This document shows, piece by piece, positions 1 through 9,741 of a DNA stretch of 58,120 nt. The notes under the pieces are model-generated. The model did no database searches. It saw nothing but the letters and a program-made list of their open reading frames with translations, and was not told where the DNA came from. How positions within the stretch are numbered: position 1 is the stretch's first letter; every line of letters begins with the position of its first letter. The translations under genes and the position numbers were made by a program. The stretch covers positions 1 to 58,120 of the forward strand of contig CALLII010000058.1 of NCBI GenBank assembly GCA_938009745.1. The letters run 5' to 3'. Source of the DNA: an uncultured Flavobacteriales bacterium. GTDB taxonomy: Bacteria; Bacteroidota; Bacteroidia; Flavobacteriales_D; CAJJDF01.

Positions 1-657
1 ATTTCTATTGTAGTGAATATAGGAATGTGGTTCGAGAGATTTGTAATTATCGTAACATCATTACACAGAGGTCATTTACCATCTACTTGGAATATGTTCT
101 ACCCAACATGGGTTGATATTGGTGTTTTCTTAGGAACAATCGGAATATTCTCAGTACTATATTTACTATATGCAAGATATTTCCCAGTACTAGCTATTAG
201 TGAAGTAAAAACTATCTTGAAATCATCTGGACAAAACTATAAAGAAGGATTTGGAGCTGGTGAAGGTTATTATAACGAAGATGGATCTCACGGTCACCAT
301 GGTCATGACGATCACGGACATGTAAGTGAGGCCGTTCAAGAAGAGCCAACAACTAACAGAATAGTTGAAAAGAAAGCAGAAGAATTATCAGAAGAAGATT
401 TTAGTAAAAATCAATCTACTTTATTAGAACGAGTTGGTAGTGCTGATGCGTCTGAAGCAGATGATTTGAAATTAATTAGTGGAGTAGGACCAGTTTTAGA
501 AAAAACTTTAAACTCTATCGGGATTTATACTTTTGGACAAGTAAGTAAAATGACTAGTGAAGAATATAATTTATTAGATTCTTTAACTAAATCATTCCCA
601 GGAAGAGCAGAAAGAGACAATTGGGCATCTCAGGCTAAAGATTTAATGAATAAATAA
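1..657 (+). CDS. actC: Alternative complex III membrane subunit ActC (NrfD/PsrC-like), 5'-truncated by the window edge, with a His-rich linker and a C-terminal helix-hairpin-helix-like module
   Basis: Frame 1 is open from nt 1. The terminal TM helices (FERFVIIVTSLHRGHLPSTW, VDIGVFLGTIGIFSVLYLLY) resemble the end of NrfD-type subunits. The gene is followed directly by actD/E/F-like genes. The tail contains GSHGHHGHDDHGH and DDLKLISGVGPVLEKTLNSIGIYTFGQV. Confidence 0.75.
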   Translation: MSIVVNIGMWFERFVIIVTSLHRGHLPSTWNMFYPTWVDIGVFLGTIGIFSVLYLLYARYFPVLAISEVKTILKSSGQNYKEGFGAGEGYYNEDGSHGHHGHDDHGHVSEAVQEEPTTNRIVEKKAEELSEEDFSKNQSTLLERVGSADASEADDLKLISGVGPVLEKTLNSIGIYTFGQVSKMTSEEYNLLDSLTKSFPGRAERDNWASQAKDLMNK

Positions 658-667
658 ATAATAGAAC

Positions 668-1204
668 ATGGCAGATAAAATAATATATGCAATGTATGAT
701 GATGATGATAAGCTGATGGACGGAGCAAAAATGCTTGTGTCTAAAGGAATTCACGTCAATGAAGTATTTTCACCTATGCCAATTCACGGTATTGATGATG
801 TAATAGGAGTTAGACATACAAGACTAGGTATTGCAGCTTTCCTTTATGGATTAACTGGATTGATGCTTGCTACTTTAGCAATGAAGTATTTCATGATTGA
901 TGATTGGAATATGAATATTGGTGGTAAACCAAGTTTCTCTTATCTAGAAAACTTGCCAGCTTTTATTCCAATTACTTTTGAGTTTACAGTATTATGCGCA
1001 GCTCACGGAATGTCTATTACTTATTTATTAAGAAATAAAACATTACCAGGAATGCCAGCTACAAATCCTGATCCAAGAACTACAGACGATAGATTTGTAA
1101 TGGAAGTAAGAGCATCTGAAAACACTAAGTATAGTGCTGAAGAAATTCAAAAAATGATTCAATCTACTGATATAGTAGAGTTGGATGAAAAGACAGTAAA
1201 ATAA
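668..1204 (+). CDS. actD: Alternative complex III subunit ActD (DUF3341-type membrane protein)
   Basis: 178-aa ORF starting 10 nt after the actC stop. It has two central hydrophobic helices (GIAAFLYGLTGLMLATLAM, FIPITFEFTVLCAAHGMSI). Size and position are as in Bacteroidota ACIII operons. Confidence 0.8.
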   Translation: MADKIIYAMYDDDDKLMDGAKMLVSKGIHVNEVFSPMPIHGIDDVIGVRHTRLGIAAFLYGLTGLMLATLAMKYFMIDDWNMNIGGKPSFSYLENLPAFIPITFEFTVLCAAHGMSITYLLRNKTLPGMPATNPDPRTTDDRFVMEVRASENTKYSAEEIQKMIQSTDIVELDEKTVK

Positions 1205-1230
1205 ATTATCTCATTAGATAAAACTATAAT

Positions 1231-2310
1231 ATGAATAGTAAAACCTTACATAAATTAACAGCAGGACTAGCTATCGCAGTTGTTTTTTCTTCTTGTGTAA
1301 AAGATGAAAATTCACCAGGGTACGAATACATGCCAGACATGTACCGTTCACCAGCTATTGAAACTTATGTAGATTATGGAGAAGTAAGAACTTGGCAATA
1401 TGACACCTCTCTTACAAATCGTCAATCTGCATTGTTACCACCTATGGGAACTATAGCATTTTCAGAAAATGCTGAAGATGTACAATTTAATTTACCATAT
1501 AAAAGACTGCCTTCTAATGCAATGATTGCATCTCATAGCCTTGCTAGTTTAGAATATAATGACGGAGATTATGAAGCATCTGTTGCTGACGTTAATCCAC
1601 TTCCTTTAACTCAATGTAATGTTGAAAAAGGGAAAGAATTATACAATAGATTTTGTACTCACTGTCATGGTGAAAAAGGTGCTGGAGATGGAAAAGTTTC
1701 AATGAACGAAAATATAAATCCACCAGCTACAGCATTTAAAAGGGCAGATGGACAGATGTTTTACTCTATTACATATGGAAAAGGGGTAATGGGAGCTCAT
1801 GCATCTCAATTGAACCAAAAAGAAAGATGGCAAGTAATTAACTACATCAAATCAATGGATGAAGCTAATGTTGTTATTGCTCAATCTTGTGATGAAGAAG
1901 CTAAGTCTTCATCTTCTATAATGGAAGCTGAACCAGTTGATTTATCTACTTCTCTTTCTTCACTTGAATCAGGAGCAAGTTTGGTATTAGATAATTTAGT
2001 GTTTGCTACAGGAAGCTCAAATTTGGATATGGCAAAAAGTCAATCTTCTTTAGATGATATTTTAACCTTTTTGAAAGGAAGTAATAAATCTTTAGAATTT
2101 GATGGTCATACAGATAATACTGGAAACGAAGAGGCCAACAAAGCTTTGTCTTTGGCAAGAGCAAATGCAGTAAAGTCTTACTTAGTAGGACATGGAATTA
2201 GTGCATCAAGAATAGAGACTCAAGGATTTGGATCTTCTCAACCAAAAGTATCTAACGATACTGAAGAGGGAAGAGCTCAAAACAGAAGAACAGAAGTTAA
2301 AATAAAATAA
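1231..2310 (+). CDS. actE: ActE-like monoheme cytochrome c lipoprotein fused to a C-terminal OmpA-like peptidoglycan-binding domain
   Basis: Lipobox VVFSSC. Single CXXCH motif (CTHCH, nt 1654-1668) with a downstream GVMGAH Met ligand region. Ser-rich linker, then FDGHTDNTGNEEANKALSLARANAVKSYL...GRAQNRRTEVKI, a typical OmpA_C signature. Confidence 0.8.
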   Translation: MNSKTLHKLTAGLAIAVVFSSCVKDENSPGYEYMPDMYRSPAIETYVDYGEVRTWQYDTSLTNRQSALLPPMGTIAFSENAEDVQFNLPYKRLPSNAMIASHSLASLEYNDGDYEASVADVNPLPLTQCNVEKGKELYNRFCTHCHGEKGAGDGKVSMNENINPPATAFKRADGQMFYSITYGKGVMGAHASQLNQKERWQVINYIKSMDEANVVIAQSCDEEAKSSSSIMEAEPVDLSTSLSSLESGASLVLDNLVFATGSSNLDMAKSQSSLDDILTFLKGSNKSLEFDGHTDNTGNEEANKALSLARANAVKSYLVGHGISASRIETQGFGSSQPKVSNDTEEGRAQNRRTEVKIK

Positions 2311-2330
2311 AATTGTAGAAAATTAAGACT

Positions 2331-3956
2331 ATGAATTTTCAATTTACAAGTAAAATAAAAAGAAATCTATTTATCCTGATGGCCGTAGGGTTTATCTTGT
2401 TTGTAGTAGGTTTTATGGGTGAGAAAAATCACCTTTATTCAGAAGTAGTAACTGCTGAAGACGGAACAGAATCTGTTCTGTTGGAGTATTACAAGGAATT
2501 ACCTTTCACTAAGGAAGAGTTTATTTCTAAAGTAAATGCTTCAGCAGCTGAGGAAGGTATTTCTGTTACTTTCAAAGACATGGTATCTCATGATGCACAT
2601 GAAGGAAATGCAGAAGAAGCAAGCCATGAAGAACATGAATTTGCTATGCTACTAACTCCTCATTCTCTTGAAACTGCCGAAACTCATGCACATGTTGAAG
2701 GTCATGAACATGATGGTAACGATCATGCAACTGAAGACCATGGCGATTCTCATGGAGAAGAAGCTCATGCAGAAGGTGGACATGATGCTCATTCAACTGC
2801 TGCCCATTCACCAATGGAAACGTTAGAGCATATTATTCATCACGAAGGTGCTTTTGCTGATAAAGGTCATGCAAGAACTTGGTCTAACTTATTAGTAAAT
2901 GCATTCTTTTTCTTTGGAATAGGACTTGGAGCTTTGTTTTTTATCGCATTACAATATGCTACTGAATCTGGTTGGGGAGTTGTTTACAAAAGAATTTTAG
3001 AAGGAATTATCGGATGGCTTCCAGTTGGAGCTATCATTTTAGCTCTTATCTTTTTTGCAGGATCAATGCATTGGAATCATATTTGGCATTGGATGGATCC
3101 AGACGTAATGGACCCAGAAAGTGCACATTTTGATGCAATCATAGCTAACAAGCAACCTTTCTTATCTCAATGGTTCTTTTGGATGATGAACGTAATTTAT
3201 TTTGGAGTATTCTTATTATTCGCTCGTGGATTCAGAAAAAGATCATTACAAGAAGATATTGAAGGAGGAACTAAAATACACATGAAGAATTTTGCAAAAG
3301 GAGCACTTTTCTTAGTATTGTTTGGTTACTTATCATCAGTAATGTCATGGCACTGGATTATGTCTATTGATACACACTGGTTTAGTACATTATTTGGATG
3401 GTTTGTATTCTCAGGAATTTGGGTTTCTGCTACAATCTTTATCCTATTATTAGTATTCTGGATGAAAGGTCAAGGTTACCTTGAGTTTATCAATGAATCA
3501 CACATACACGATATGGGTAAATGGATGTTTGCAATTAGTTTCTTGTGGACTTACTTATTCTTCTCTCAGTTTATGTTGATTTGGTATGCTAACATTCCTG
3601 AAGAAGTTACTTATTACTTGGATAGATTTGGTAACTACAAATGGATATTATGGACAACAGTTGCAGTTAACTTTGTTATTCCAATTGTACTACTGATGTC
3701 TAGAGAAGCAAAAAGAAGCAGACCAACAATCATGATTATTGGAGCTATCTTATTTGTTTTCCACTGGGTAGATGTATTTATCATGATTATGCCAGGTTCA
3801 GTATTCGATCATTGGGCAATAGGTGTATTAGAAATAGGAATGTTCGTGTTCTTTTTAGGATTATTCATCTTTACAGTACTAAGGACTTTATCAAAAGCAC
3901 CTTTATTAGTAAAAAATCATCCTTATTTAGATGAAAACTTGCATCACCATACATAG
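2331..3956 (+). CDS. actF: Alternative complex III subunit ActF (NrfD-like quinol-interacting membrane subunit) with an acidic, His-rich insertion after TM1
   Basis: 541-aa polytopic membrane protein in the last position of the act cluster, immediately upstream of the cox genes. Residues about 87-175 are a His/Glu/Asp-rich tract. Confidence 0.75.
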   Translation: MNFQFTSKIKRNLFILMAVGFILFVVGFMGEKNHLYSEVVTAEDGTESVLLEYYKELPFTKEEFISKVNASAAEEGISVTFKDMVSHDAHEGNAEEASHEEHEFAMLLTPHSLETAETHAHVEGHEHDGNDHATEDHGDSHGEEAHAEGGHDAHSTAAHSPMETLEHIIHHEGAFADKGHARTWSNLLVNAFFFFGIGLGALFFIALQYATESGWGVVYKRILEGIIGWLPVGAIILALIFFAGSMHWNHIWHWMDPDVMDPESAHFDAIIANKQPFLSQWFFWMMNVIYFGVFLLFARGFRKRSLQEDIEGGTKIHMKNFAKGALFLVLFGYLSSVMSWHWIMSIDTHWFSTLFGWFVFSGIWVSATIFILLLVFWMKGQGYLEFINESHIHDMGKWMFAISFLWTYLFFSQFMLIWYANIPEEVTYYLDRFGNYKWILWTTVAVNFVIPIVLLMSREAKRSRPTIMIIGAILFVFHWVDVFIMIMPGSVFDHWAIGVLEIGMFVFFLGLFIFTVLRTLSKAPLLVKNHPYLDENLHHHT

Positions 3957-4011
3957 TAGATTATTTTTGTAGAGAAATAAATTAATAGAGGATAGATTAA
4001 ATTAAAGAGAA

Positions 4012-5319
4012 ATGAAGTTTATTATAATTATAGTAATTGTTTTGGTAATCATAGCTGCTGCTCAGCTTATGAAAGTATACGAGCTGTCGTCTAGATTGAG
4101 AAATAAAGATGAAGCAGATGTAACACCTGCGGAAACAAAATTTAATGCTGGAATGTTATTGTTATTCTATATAGCATTAATGATTTCTAGTACTTGGTTG
4201 TTTTTCCACTACGGAGCAAGACCAGGTTTAGGAGCTTCAGCTTCTGAATATGGAGTTGACATTGACTTTTTATATGATGTCAATTGGCTAATAATATTGA
4301 TAGTATTTTATATTACTCAATCCTTATTATTTTTATTCGCTTTTAAGTACCAACAGAAAAAAGGAAGAAAAGCTGTTTTCTTTGCTCACTCTACAAAGTT
4401 AGAGTTACTATGGACTATTATTCCAGCAGTAGTATTAGCAGGTATTATTATTGGAGGACTTTCAGTTTGGAATAAAATAACCACTCCAAAAGAAAATGCA
4501 ACAGTAATTGAAATTTATGCCCAACAGTTTGGATGGACAGTAAGATATGCTGGAGAAGATAATACTCTAGGAAATTCAGATTTTAAGGTAATACATGAAA
4601 CTACAAATCCTCTAGGAGTTGTTACTACTAAATTGATTAATGCTAAAGAAAAAGCATGGACTAGAGAAATTGATTCATTAACAGTATACTTAGATGAAAA
4701 CGGAGATTTAACTCCAGATGCTACTGTAGATGAAATTGAAGATAAAATTGAAAGATTAGGAAGACAGATTAGAAGACTTGATCCATTAAGAAAGTCTCAA
4801 ACTGCAGAAACTAATGCAGCTGCAACTGATGACGTAATCGTAAAAGAACTTCACCTAGTTAAAGGTGTTGATTATGAATTCAAATTTAGATCAAGAGATG
4901 TAATTCACTCAGCATTATTTCCTCACTTTAGAGCGCAAATGAATTGTGTGCCGGGTATGACAACTAGGTTTTCTTTTAAACCAATTATTACTACAGCAGA
5001 AATGAGAGCAATGCCAGATGTTGCAAAACAATACAAAGAAATAAGTGAGAACAGAGTGGCAGAAGGTAGAGAGCCAGTAGAATTCGATTACTTATTATTA
5101 TGTAACAAAATTTGTGGTTCTTCTCACTATAACATGCAAATTAAAATTGTTGTCGAAACTCAAGAAGAGTTTGATGTATGGTATGCAAAACAAAGTGAAA
5201 GTAAAACTTTTGAAATGTTAGCAGGTCTAGGAACAACAGTTGCTAATGAAGAGAGTATTGATACTAATGTTGCAGCTATTGATACAGTAAATGTAATTAC
5301 TGAGCCAGTAGCACAGTAA
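4012..5319 (+). CDS. coxB: Cytochrome c oxidase subunit II (CuA subunit, no fused cytochrome c domain)
   Basis: N-terminal TM helices plus a cupredoxin domain. CuA ligands are present: DVIHSALFPHF and CNKICGSSHYNM (C-x3-C-x3-H-x2-M). No CXXCH motif. Confidence 0.9.
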   Translation: MKFIIIIVIVLVIIAAAQLMKVYELSSRLRNKDEADVTPAETKFNAGMLLLFYIALMISSTWLFFHYGARPGLGASASEYGVDIDFLYDVNWLIILIVFYITQSLLFLFAFKYQQKKGRKAVFFAHSTKLELLWTIIPAVVLAGIIIGGLSVWNKITTPKENATVIEIYAQQFGWTVRYAGEDNTLGNSDFKVIHETTNPLGVVTTKLINAKEKAWTREIDSLTVYLDENGDLTPDATVDEIEDKIERLGRQIRRLDPLRKSQTAETNAAATDDVIVKELHLVKGVDYEFKFRSRDVIHSALFPHFRAQMNCVPGMTTRFSFKPIITTAEMRAMPDVAKQYKEISENRVAEGREPVEFDYLLLCNKICGSSHYNMQIKIVVETQEEFDVWYAKQSESKTFEMLAGLGTTVANEESIDTNVAAIDTVNVITEPVAQ

Positions 5320-5371
5320 TAGTAAGGTTAATCAATTTTAGAATTTTAGATAAAACAATATAAAGAGAGAA

Positions 5372-7147
5372 ATGGGAGCACACACACACGAAGAAGGACA
5401 CCACCACCACGAAAGTTTTATTACTAAATACATTTTTAGTCAAGATCATAAGATGATTTCTAAGCAGTTTTTGTTAACTGCAATGTTCATGGGGATTATT
5501 GCTGTTATATTATCTGTACTTTTTAGATTACAAATAGCTTGGCCAAACGAACAGTTTGAAGCAATGAAATTCTTTTTGGGAGATAGTTATTTAACTTCTG
5601 AAGGATTATTAAAGCCAGATAGATACTTAGCTATTGTTACTATTCACGGTACTATTATGGTATTCTTTGTATTAACAGGAGGACTGAGTGGAACATTTAG
5701 TAATTTACTTATTCCATTACAAGTTGGAGCAAGAGATATGGCTTCAGGATTTTTGAACATGTTATCTTTTTGGTTATTCTTATTATCTAGTATAATAATG
5801 ACTTACTCATTAATGGTAGAAAGTGGACCTGCCTCTTCTGGTTGGACGGTTTATCCACCACTAAGTATCTTAGAACAAGCAATACCAGGTTCGGGATTAG
5901 GAATGACTTTATGGTTATTAAGTATGACTTTGTTTATTGCCTCTTCTTTATTAGGAGCACTTAACTACATTGTTACAATCATTAACTTAAGAACTATTGG
6001 AATGAAAATGACAAGATTGCCACTTACTATTTGGGCATTCTTTGTAACGGCTATTTTAGGTGTACTTTCTTTTCCAGTATTAGTATCAGCTGTATTGTTG
6101 TTATTAATGGATAAAACATTTGGAACAAGTTTCTACTTATCTGATATCTTTATTGGAGGAGAAGCATTAGATGCATCTGGAGGTTCACCAATATTATACC
6201 AACACTTATTTTGGTTCTTAGGTCACCCAGAAGTATACATTGTACTACTGCCAGCATTAGGTATTACCTCTGAAATTGTATCAACTAACTCACGTAAGCC
6301 AATTTTTGGTTATCGTGCAATGATTGGTTCTATTTTAGCAATTGGTTTCCTTTCGTTTATCGTTTGGGGTCACCATATGTTTATTACAGGAATGAACCCA
6401 TTCATTGGAGGAATCTTTGTATTCACAACATTATTGATTGCAATACCATCTGCAGTAAAGGCCTTTAACTACATTACTACATTGTGGAAAGGAAATATCC
6501 GTTACACACCAGCAATGTTATTCTCTATTGGATTAGTATCTACATTTATCACTGGAGGATTAACAGGAATTATTCTTGCTGATGCAACACTTGATATTCC
6601 AGTTCACGATACTTACTTTGTTGTAGCTCACTTCCACATTGTGATGGGACTATCAGCTATTTTCGGGATGTTTGCAGGAGTTTATCATTGGTTCCCTAAA
6701 ATGTATGGTAAGATGATGAACAAGAAGCTAGGGTACGCTCACTTTTGGTTAACGTTAATTGGAGGATACGGAGTATTTTTCCCAATGCACTTTGTTGGAT
6801 TAGCAGGAGCACCAAGAAGATATTACGCAAACACAGAATTTGCATTTTTGGATCACGTTCAAGATTTAAATGAGGTGATTACTATTTTCGCAATTATTGG
6901 AGGATTGGCACAAATCTTATTCTTCTACAATTTCTTTTATAGTATTTACAATGGAAGAAAAACAACTCAAAACCCTTGGAAATCGAATACATTGGAGTGG
7001 ACAACTCCAGTAGAGATGGGACATGGAAACTGGCCTGGTGCTTTACCAGTAGTTCACAGATGGCCTTACGATTACAGTAATCCAGAACATGAAGAGGATT
7101 TTGTACCGCAAACAACTCCACTTAAAGAAGGAGAACATTCTCACTAG
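5372..7147 (+). CDS. coxA: Cytochrome c oxidase subunit I (heme-copper oxidase catalytic subunit)
   Basis: 591 aa and 12 or more TM helices. Hallmark motifs are LFWFLGHPEVYI, VWGHHMF and HDTYFVVAHFH. The N-terminus MGAHTHEEGHHHHE and the C-terminus EGEHSH are His-rich. Confidence 0.95.
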   Translation: MGAHTHEEGHHHHESFITKYIFSQDHKMISKQFLLTAMFMGIIAVILSVLFRLQIAWPNEQFEAMKFFLGDSYLTSEGLLKPDRYLAIVTIHGTIMVFFVLTGGLSGTFSNLLIPLQVGARDMASGFLNMLSFWLFLLSSIIMTYSLMVESGPASSGWTVYPPLSILEQAIPGSGLGMTLWLLSMTLFIASSLLGALNYIVTIINLRTIGMKMTRLPLTIWAFFVTAILGVLSFPVLVSAVLLLLMDKTFGTSFYLSDIFIGGEALDASGGSPILYQHLFWFLGHPEVYIVLLPALGITSEIVSTNSRKPIFGYRAMIGSILAIGFLSFIVWGHHMFITGMNPFIGGIFVFTTLLIAIPSAVKAFNYITTLWKGNIRYTPAMLFSIGLVSTFITGGLTGIILADATLDIPVHDTYFVVAHFHIVMGLSAIFGMFAGVYHWFPKMYGKMMNKKLGYAHFWLTLIGGYGVFFPMHFVGLAGAPRRYYANTEFAFLDHVQDLNEVITIFAIIGGLAQILFFYNFFYSIYNGRKTTQNPWKSNTLEWTTPVEMGHGNWPGALPVVHRWPYDYSNPEHEEDFVPQTTPLKEGEHSH

Positions 7148-7170
7148 ATACTAAACAGTTAGTTTAAAAA

Positions 7171-7197
7171 GCCATTCCTAAAGGAGTGGCTTTTTTT
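7171..7197 (+). terminator. Rho-independent terminator after coxA
   Basis: Hairpin gccattcc-taaa-ggagtggc (one G-U pair) followed by a T-run. Confidence 0.7.
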
Positions 7198-7211
7198 GTT
7201 TTTTAGAGTAG

Positions 7212-7237
7212 GGGGTATTTCATTTTAGATTGTCATA
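7212..7237 (+). promoter_or_regulatory. Candidate ECF-sigma-type promoter or shared regulatory motif, copy 1 (GGGGTATTTC-N8-TTGTCATA)
   Basis: Ends 21 nt upstream of the ATG at 7259. The same two blocks recur at 10328-10354. Confidence 0.4.
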
Positions 7238-7258
7238 TAGATATAAAACAAAACTATC

Positions 7259-9619
7259 ATGAAAAAAAGGACGCTATTTAATCTAGGACTATTTATTCTA
7301 TTACAAGTTAATTTAATAGGACAAAACCTAACCCAAGTTGTAAAAGGACAAATAATTGACAAAGACACAAGAGTAACAATAATTGGAGCTAATGTAATTA
7401 TTGTTAATTCGAATCCTTTATTGGGAGCAAGTACAAATTTGGATGGGTATTTTACAATAAGCGAAGTGCCAGTAGGTAGAGTTTCTGTAAAAATTACTGC
7501 TGTAGGATACGAAACTCAAGTAATACCCAATTTAGTAATTGAATCAGGGAAAGAGACAAACCTAAATATTCAATTAATCGAATCATACCAGAAACTTGAT
7601 GAAGTAGAAATAACTAGCGATAATGAAAATGGGGGTGCTAACAATGAAATGGCAATAGTAAGTTCAAAGCTATTAACTACTGAGGCAACTGGAAGATATG
7701 CTGGTTCATTAAATGATCCTGCCCGAATGGTAACTGCTTTTGCTGGAGTTGTTGGTAATCCATCTGGGGATAATGATATTGTCGTTAGAGGAAACTCGCC
7801 TAGAGGAATTCTATGGAGATTAGAAGGAGTAGAAATACCAAATCCAAATCACTTTGGTACAGAAGGTTCATCTGGAGGTCCAGTAAATACATTAAATGGA
7901 GCAATGCTTGCTAATTCAGATTTTTTCTCGGGAGCATTCGCACCAGAATATGGGAATGCTATTTCGGGAGTTTTTGATTCAAAATTTAGAACTGGGAATC
8001 ATGAAAAAAGAGAGTATTCTTTTTCGGTTGGTGTTCTTGGTTTAGATGCTACTATGGAAGGGCCATTTTCTAAAAATTATAATGGATCGTATTTAGTCAA
8101 TTTCAGATATTCATCTCTTGATTTATTAGACCAAACTGGAGTTATAGATTTTGATGGAGTTCCAAAATACTATGATGGATCATTTAAATTTAATTTGCCT
8201 ACTAAGTCTATGGGAAACTTTGTCGCTTTTGGATTATTCGGAAGAAGCTCAATAAAACAAGAATCGGAGACAAGTGATGAAAATGGAGAAAATACAATTA
8301 TTAATGAAAAAGTTGATTTTGGTGCAGGAATGTCTGTTTTTGGATTAAAACATTTCTATAGCTTGAGTAAAAAGACATATATCAAGTCATACGTTAGTTT
8401 ATCTAATGCTTTTAATGCAGTAGATGTAGATGAATTAGATACTATTTCTAATTCTTTTTATAAGGTGTATAATGATAACATAAACGAGAACCATTTAAGA
8501 GTTTCAACCTCATACAATACTAAGTTTAGTGCTAAAAACACTTTAAATGTAGGAGTTATTTATACTCAATCCTACTTTGATATGAAAGCTGTTTTTACTG
8601 ATGTAGATGGCTTATCAGAAACATTTATAGATGATAAAGGGAATGGAGGAATTGTACAAGCATTTGGTTCTTGGAAATACAGGCTAAAGGAAAATGTAAC
8701 ATTTGTTGGAGGAATGCATTACACTCAATTACTATTTAATAATAAGAATTCTATTGAACCAAGAATGGGGTTAAGATGGAATCTTAACGAGAGACAATAT
8801 TTAACATTTGGAACTGGACTTCACAGTAAAGTAGAAAACTCTTCGGTTTATTTTGCTAATACAAGTGATGACGATTCTAAAATTGAGAATGCAAATAAGA
8901 ATTTAGAGCTTACAAAATCAAGTCATTTTGTAATTGGATATGGACATCAATTGAATGAAAATATATCTTTAAAATCTGAAGTGTATTTTCAGTATTTATA
9001 TGATGTGCCGGTTAATGCGGATATTACTAACAGATTTTCTTTAATTAACTCGACTGGTGGATATCCAAATTCAAAAATGATATCTAAAGGAACAGGAAAG
9101 AATTATGGTGTTGAGTTAACTTTAGAAAGATCTTTTACCAAAGGATATTACTACATGGTTACTGGTTCGCTTTACGAATCAAAGTTTACACCACTTGATG
9201 GGATTGAATATAACTCGAGATTTAATGCAAATTATGCGGGGAATATTTTATTCGGAAGAGAATTTAAACTTAAATCAAAAAAGAAAAATAAAACACTTGC
9301 ATTGAACCTTAAAGCAACACTAATCGGAGGAAATAGATATACTCCAATTGATTTGGCTGGTTCAATAGCTGCAGATGATGAAGTGTATTTTTTATATAGA
9401 TATAACGAAAGTAAGTTTGATGATATATTCGTTATGAATTTTGCTTTGATTTATAGAGTTAATAAAAAGAAAACGACTCATGAATTTAAGATTGATATTC
9501 AGAATGTGACCAATAATAATGCTGCTGTAGATTATTACTATGATGAGGAAAGTCAAACAATAGAATCGAATACTCAGTTATCAATTTTACCAAACATTGT
9601 ATACGTTATTAAGTTTTAG
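7259..9619 (+). CDS. TonB-dependent receptor with an N-terminal carboxypeptidase-regulatory-like domain (no STN extension)
   Basis: Signal peptide, then a CarbopepD_reg-like segment (VKGQIIDKDTRVTIIGANVII...GYFTISEVPVGRVSVKITAVGYE). Plug-like region DPARMVTAFAGVV...DIVVRGNSPRGILWRLEGVEIPNPNHF. Long beta-rich C-terminus ending YVIKF. Confidence 0.85.
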   Translation: MKKRTLFNLGLFILLQVNLIGQNLTQVVKGQIIDKDTRVTIIGANVIIVNSNPLLGASTNLDGYFTISEVPVGRVSVKITAVGYETQVIPNLVIESGKETNLNIQLIESYQKLDEVEITSDNENGGANNEMAIVSSKLLTTEATGRYAGSLNDPARMVTAFAGVVGNPSGDNDIVVRGNSPRGILWRLEGVEIPNPNHFGTEGSSGGPVNTLNGAMLANSDFFSGAFAPEYGNAISGVFDSKFRTGNHEKREYSFSVGVLGLDATMEGPFSKNYNGSYLVNFRYSSLDLLDQTGVIDFDGVPKYYDGSFKFNLPTKSMGNFVAFGLFGRSSIKQESETSDENGENTIINEKVDFGAGMSVFGLKHFYSLSKKTYIKSYVSLSNAFNAVDVDELDTISNSFYKVYNDNINENHLRVSTSYNTKFSAKNTLNVGVIYTQSYFDMKAVFTDVDGLSETFIDDKGNGGIVQAFGSWKYRLKENVTFVGGMHYTQLLFNNKNSIEPRMGLRWNLNERQYLTFGTGLHSKVENSSVYFANTSDDDSKIENANKNLELTKSSHFVIGYGHQLNENISLKSEVYFQYLYDVPVNADITNRFSLINSTGGYPNSKMISKGTGKNYGVELTLERSFTKGYYYMVTGSLYESKFTPLDGIEYNSRFNANYAGNILFGREFKLKSKKKNKTLALNLKATLIGGNRYTPIDLAGSIAADDEVYFLYRYNESKFDDIFVMNFALIYRVNKKKTTHEFKIDIQNVTNNNAAVDYYYDEESQTIESNTQLSILPNIVYVIKF

Positions 9620-9649
9620 ATAAAACGGAATTGTATTTTTCTAAATTTA

Positions 9650-9683
9650 AACCACACCAATTTTAATTGATGTGGTTTTTTTT
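9650..9683 (+). terminator. Rho-independent terminator after the TonB-dependent receptor gene
   Basis: accaca...tgtggt stem followed by T8. Confidence 0.7.
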
Positions 9684-9741
9684 CTTTCCAAAATGAATTT
9701 TAGGAGACCTCTATTATATTTAGTATTTTAGACTTCTCAAA

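Noticed and set aside
6894-7121. 75-aa antisense ORF within coxA. Similar short antisense ORFs lie in bamA (17793-18292, 18696-18878), recG, the M16 genes, ribBA, icd, crtI, the photolyase gene and others
   Set aside because: All lie wholly inside well-supported genes, have no recognisable motifs and are of the size expected by chance.
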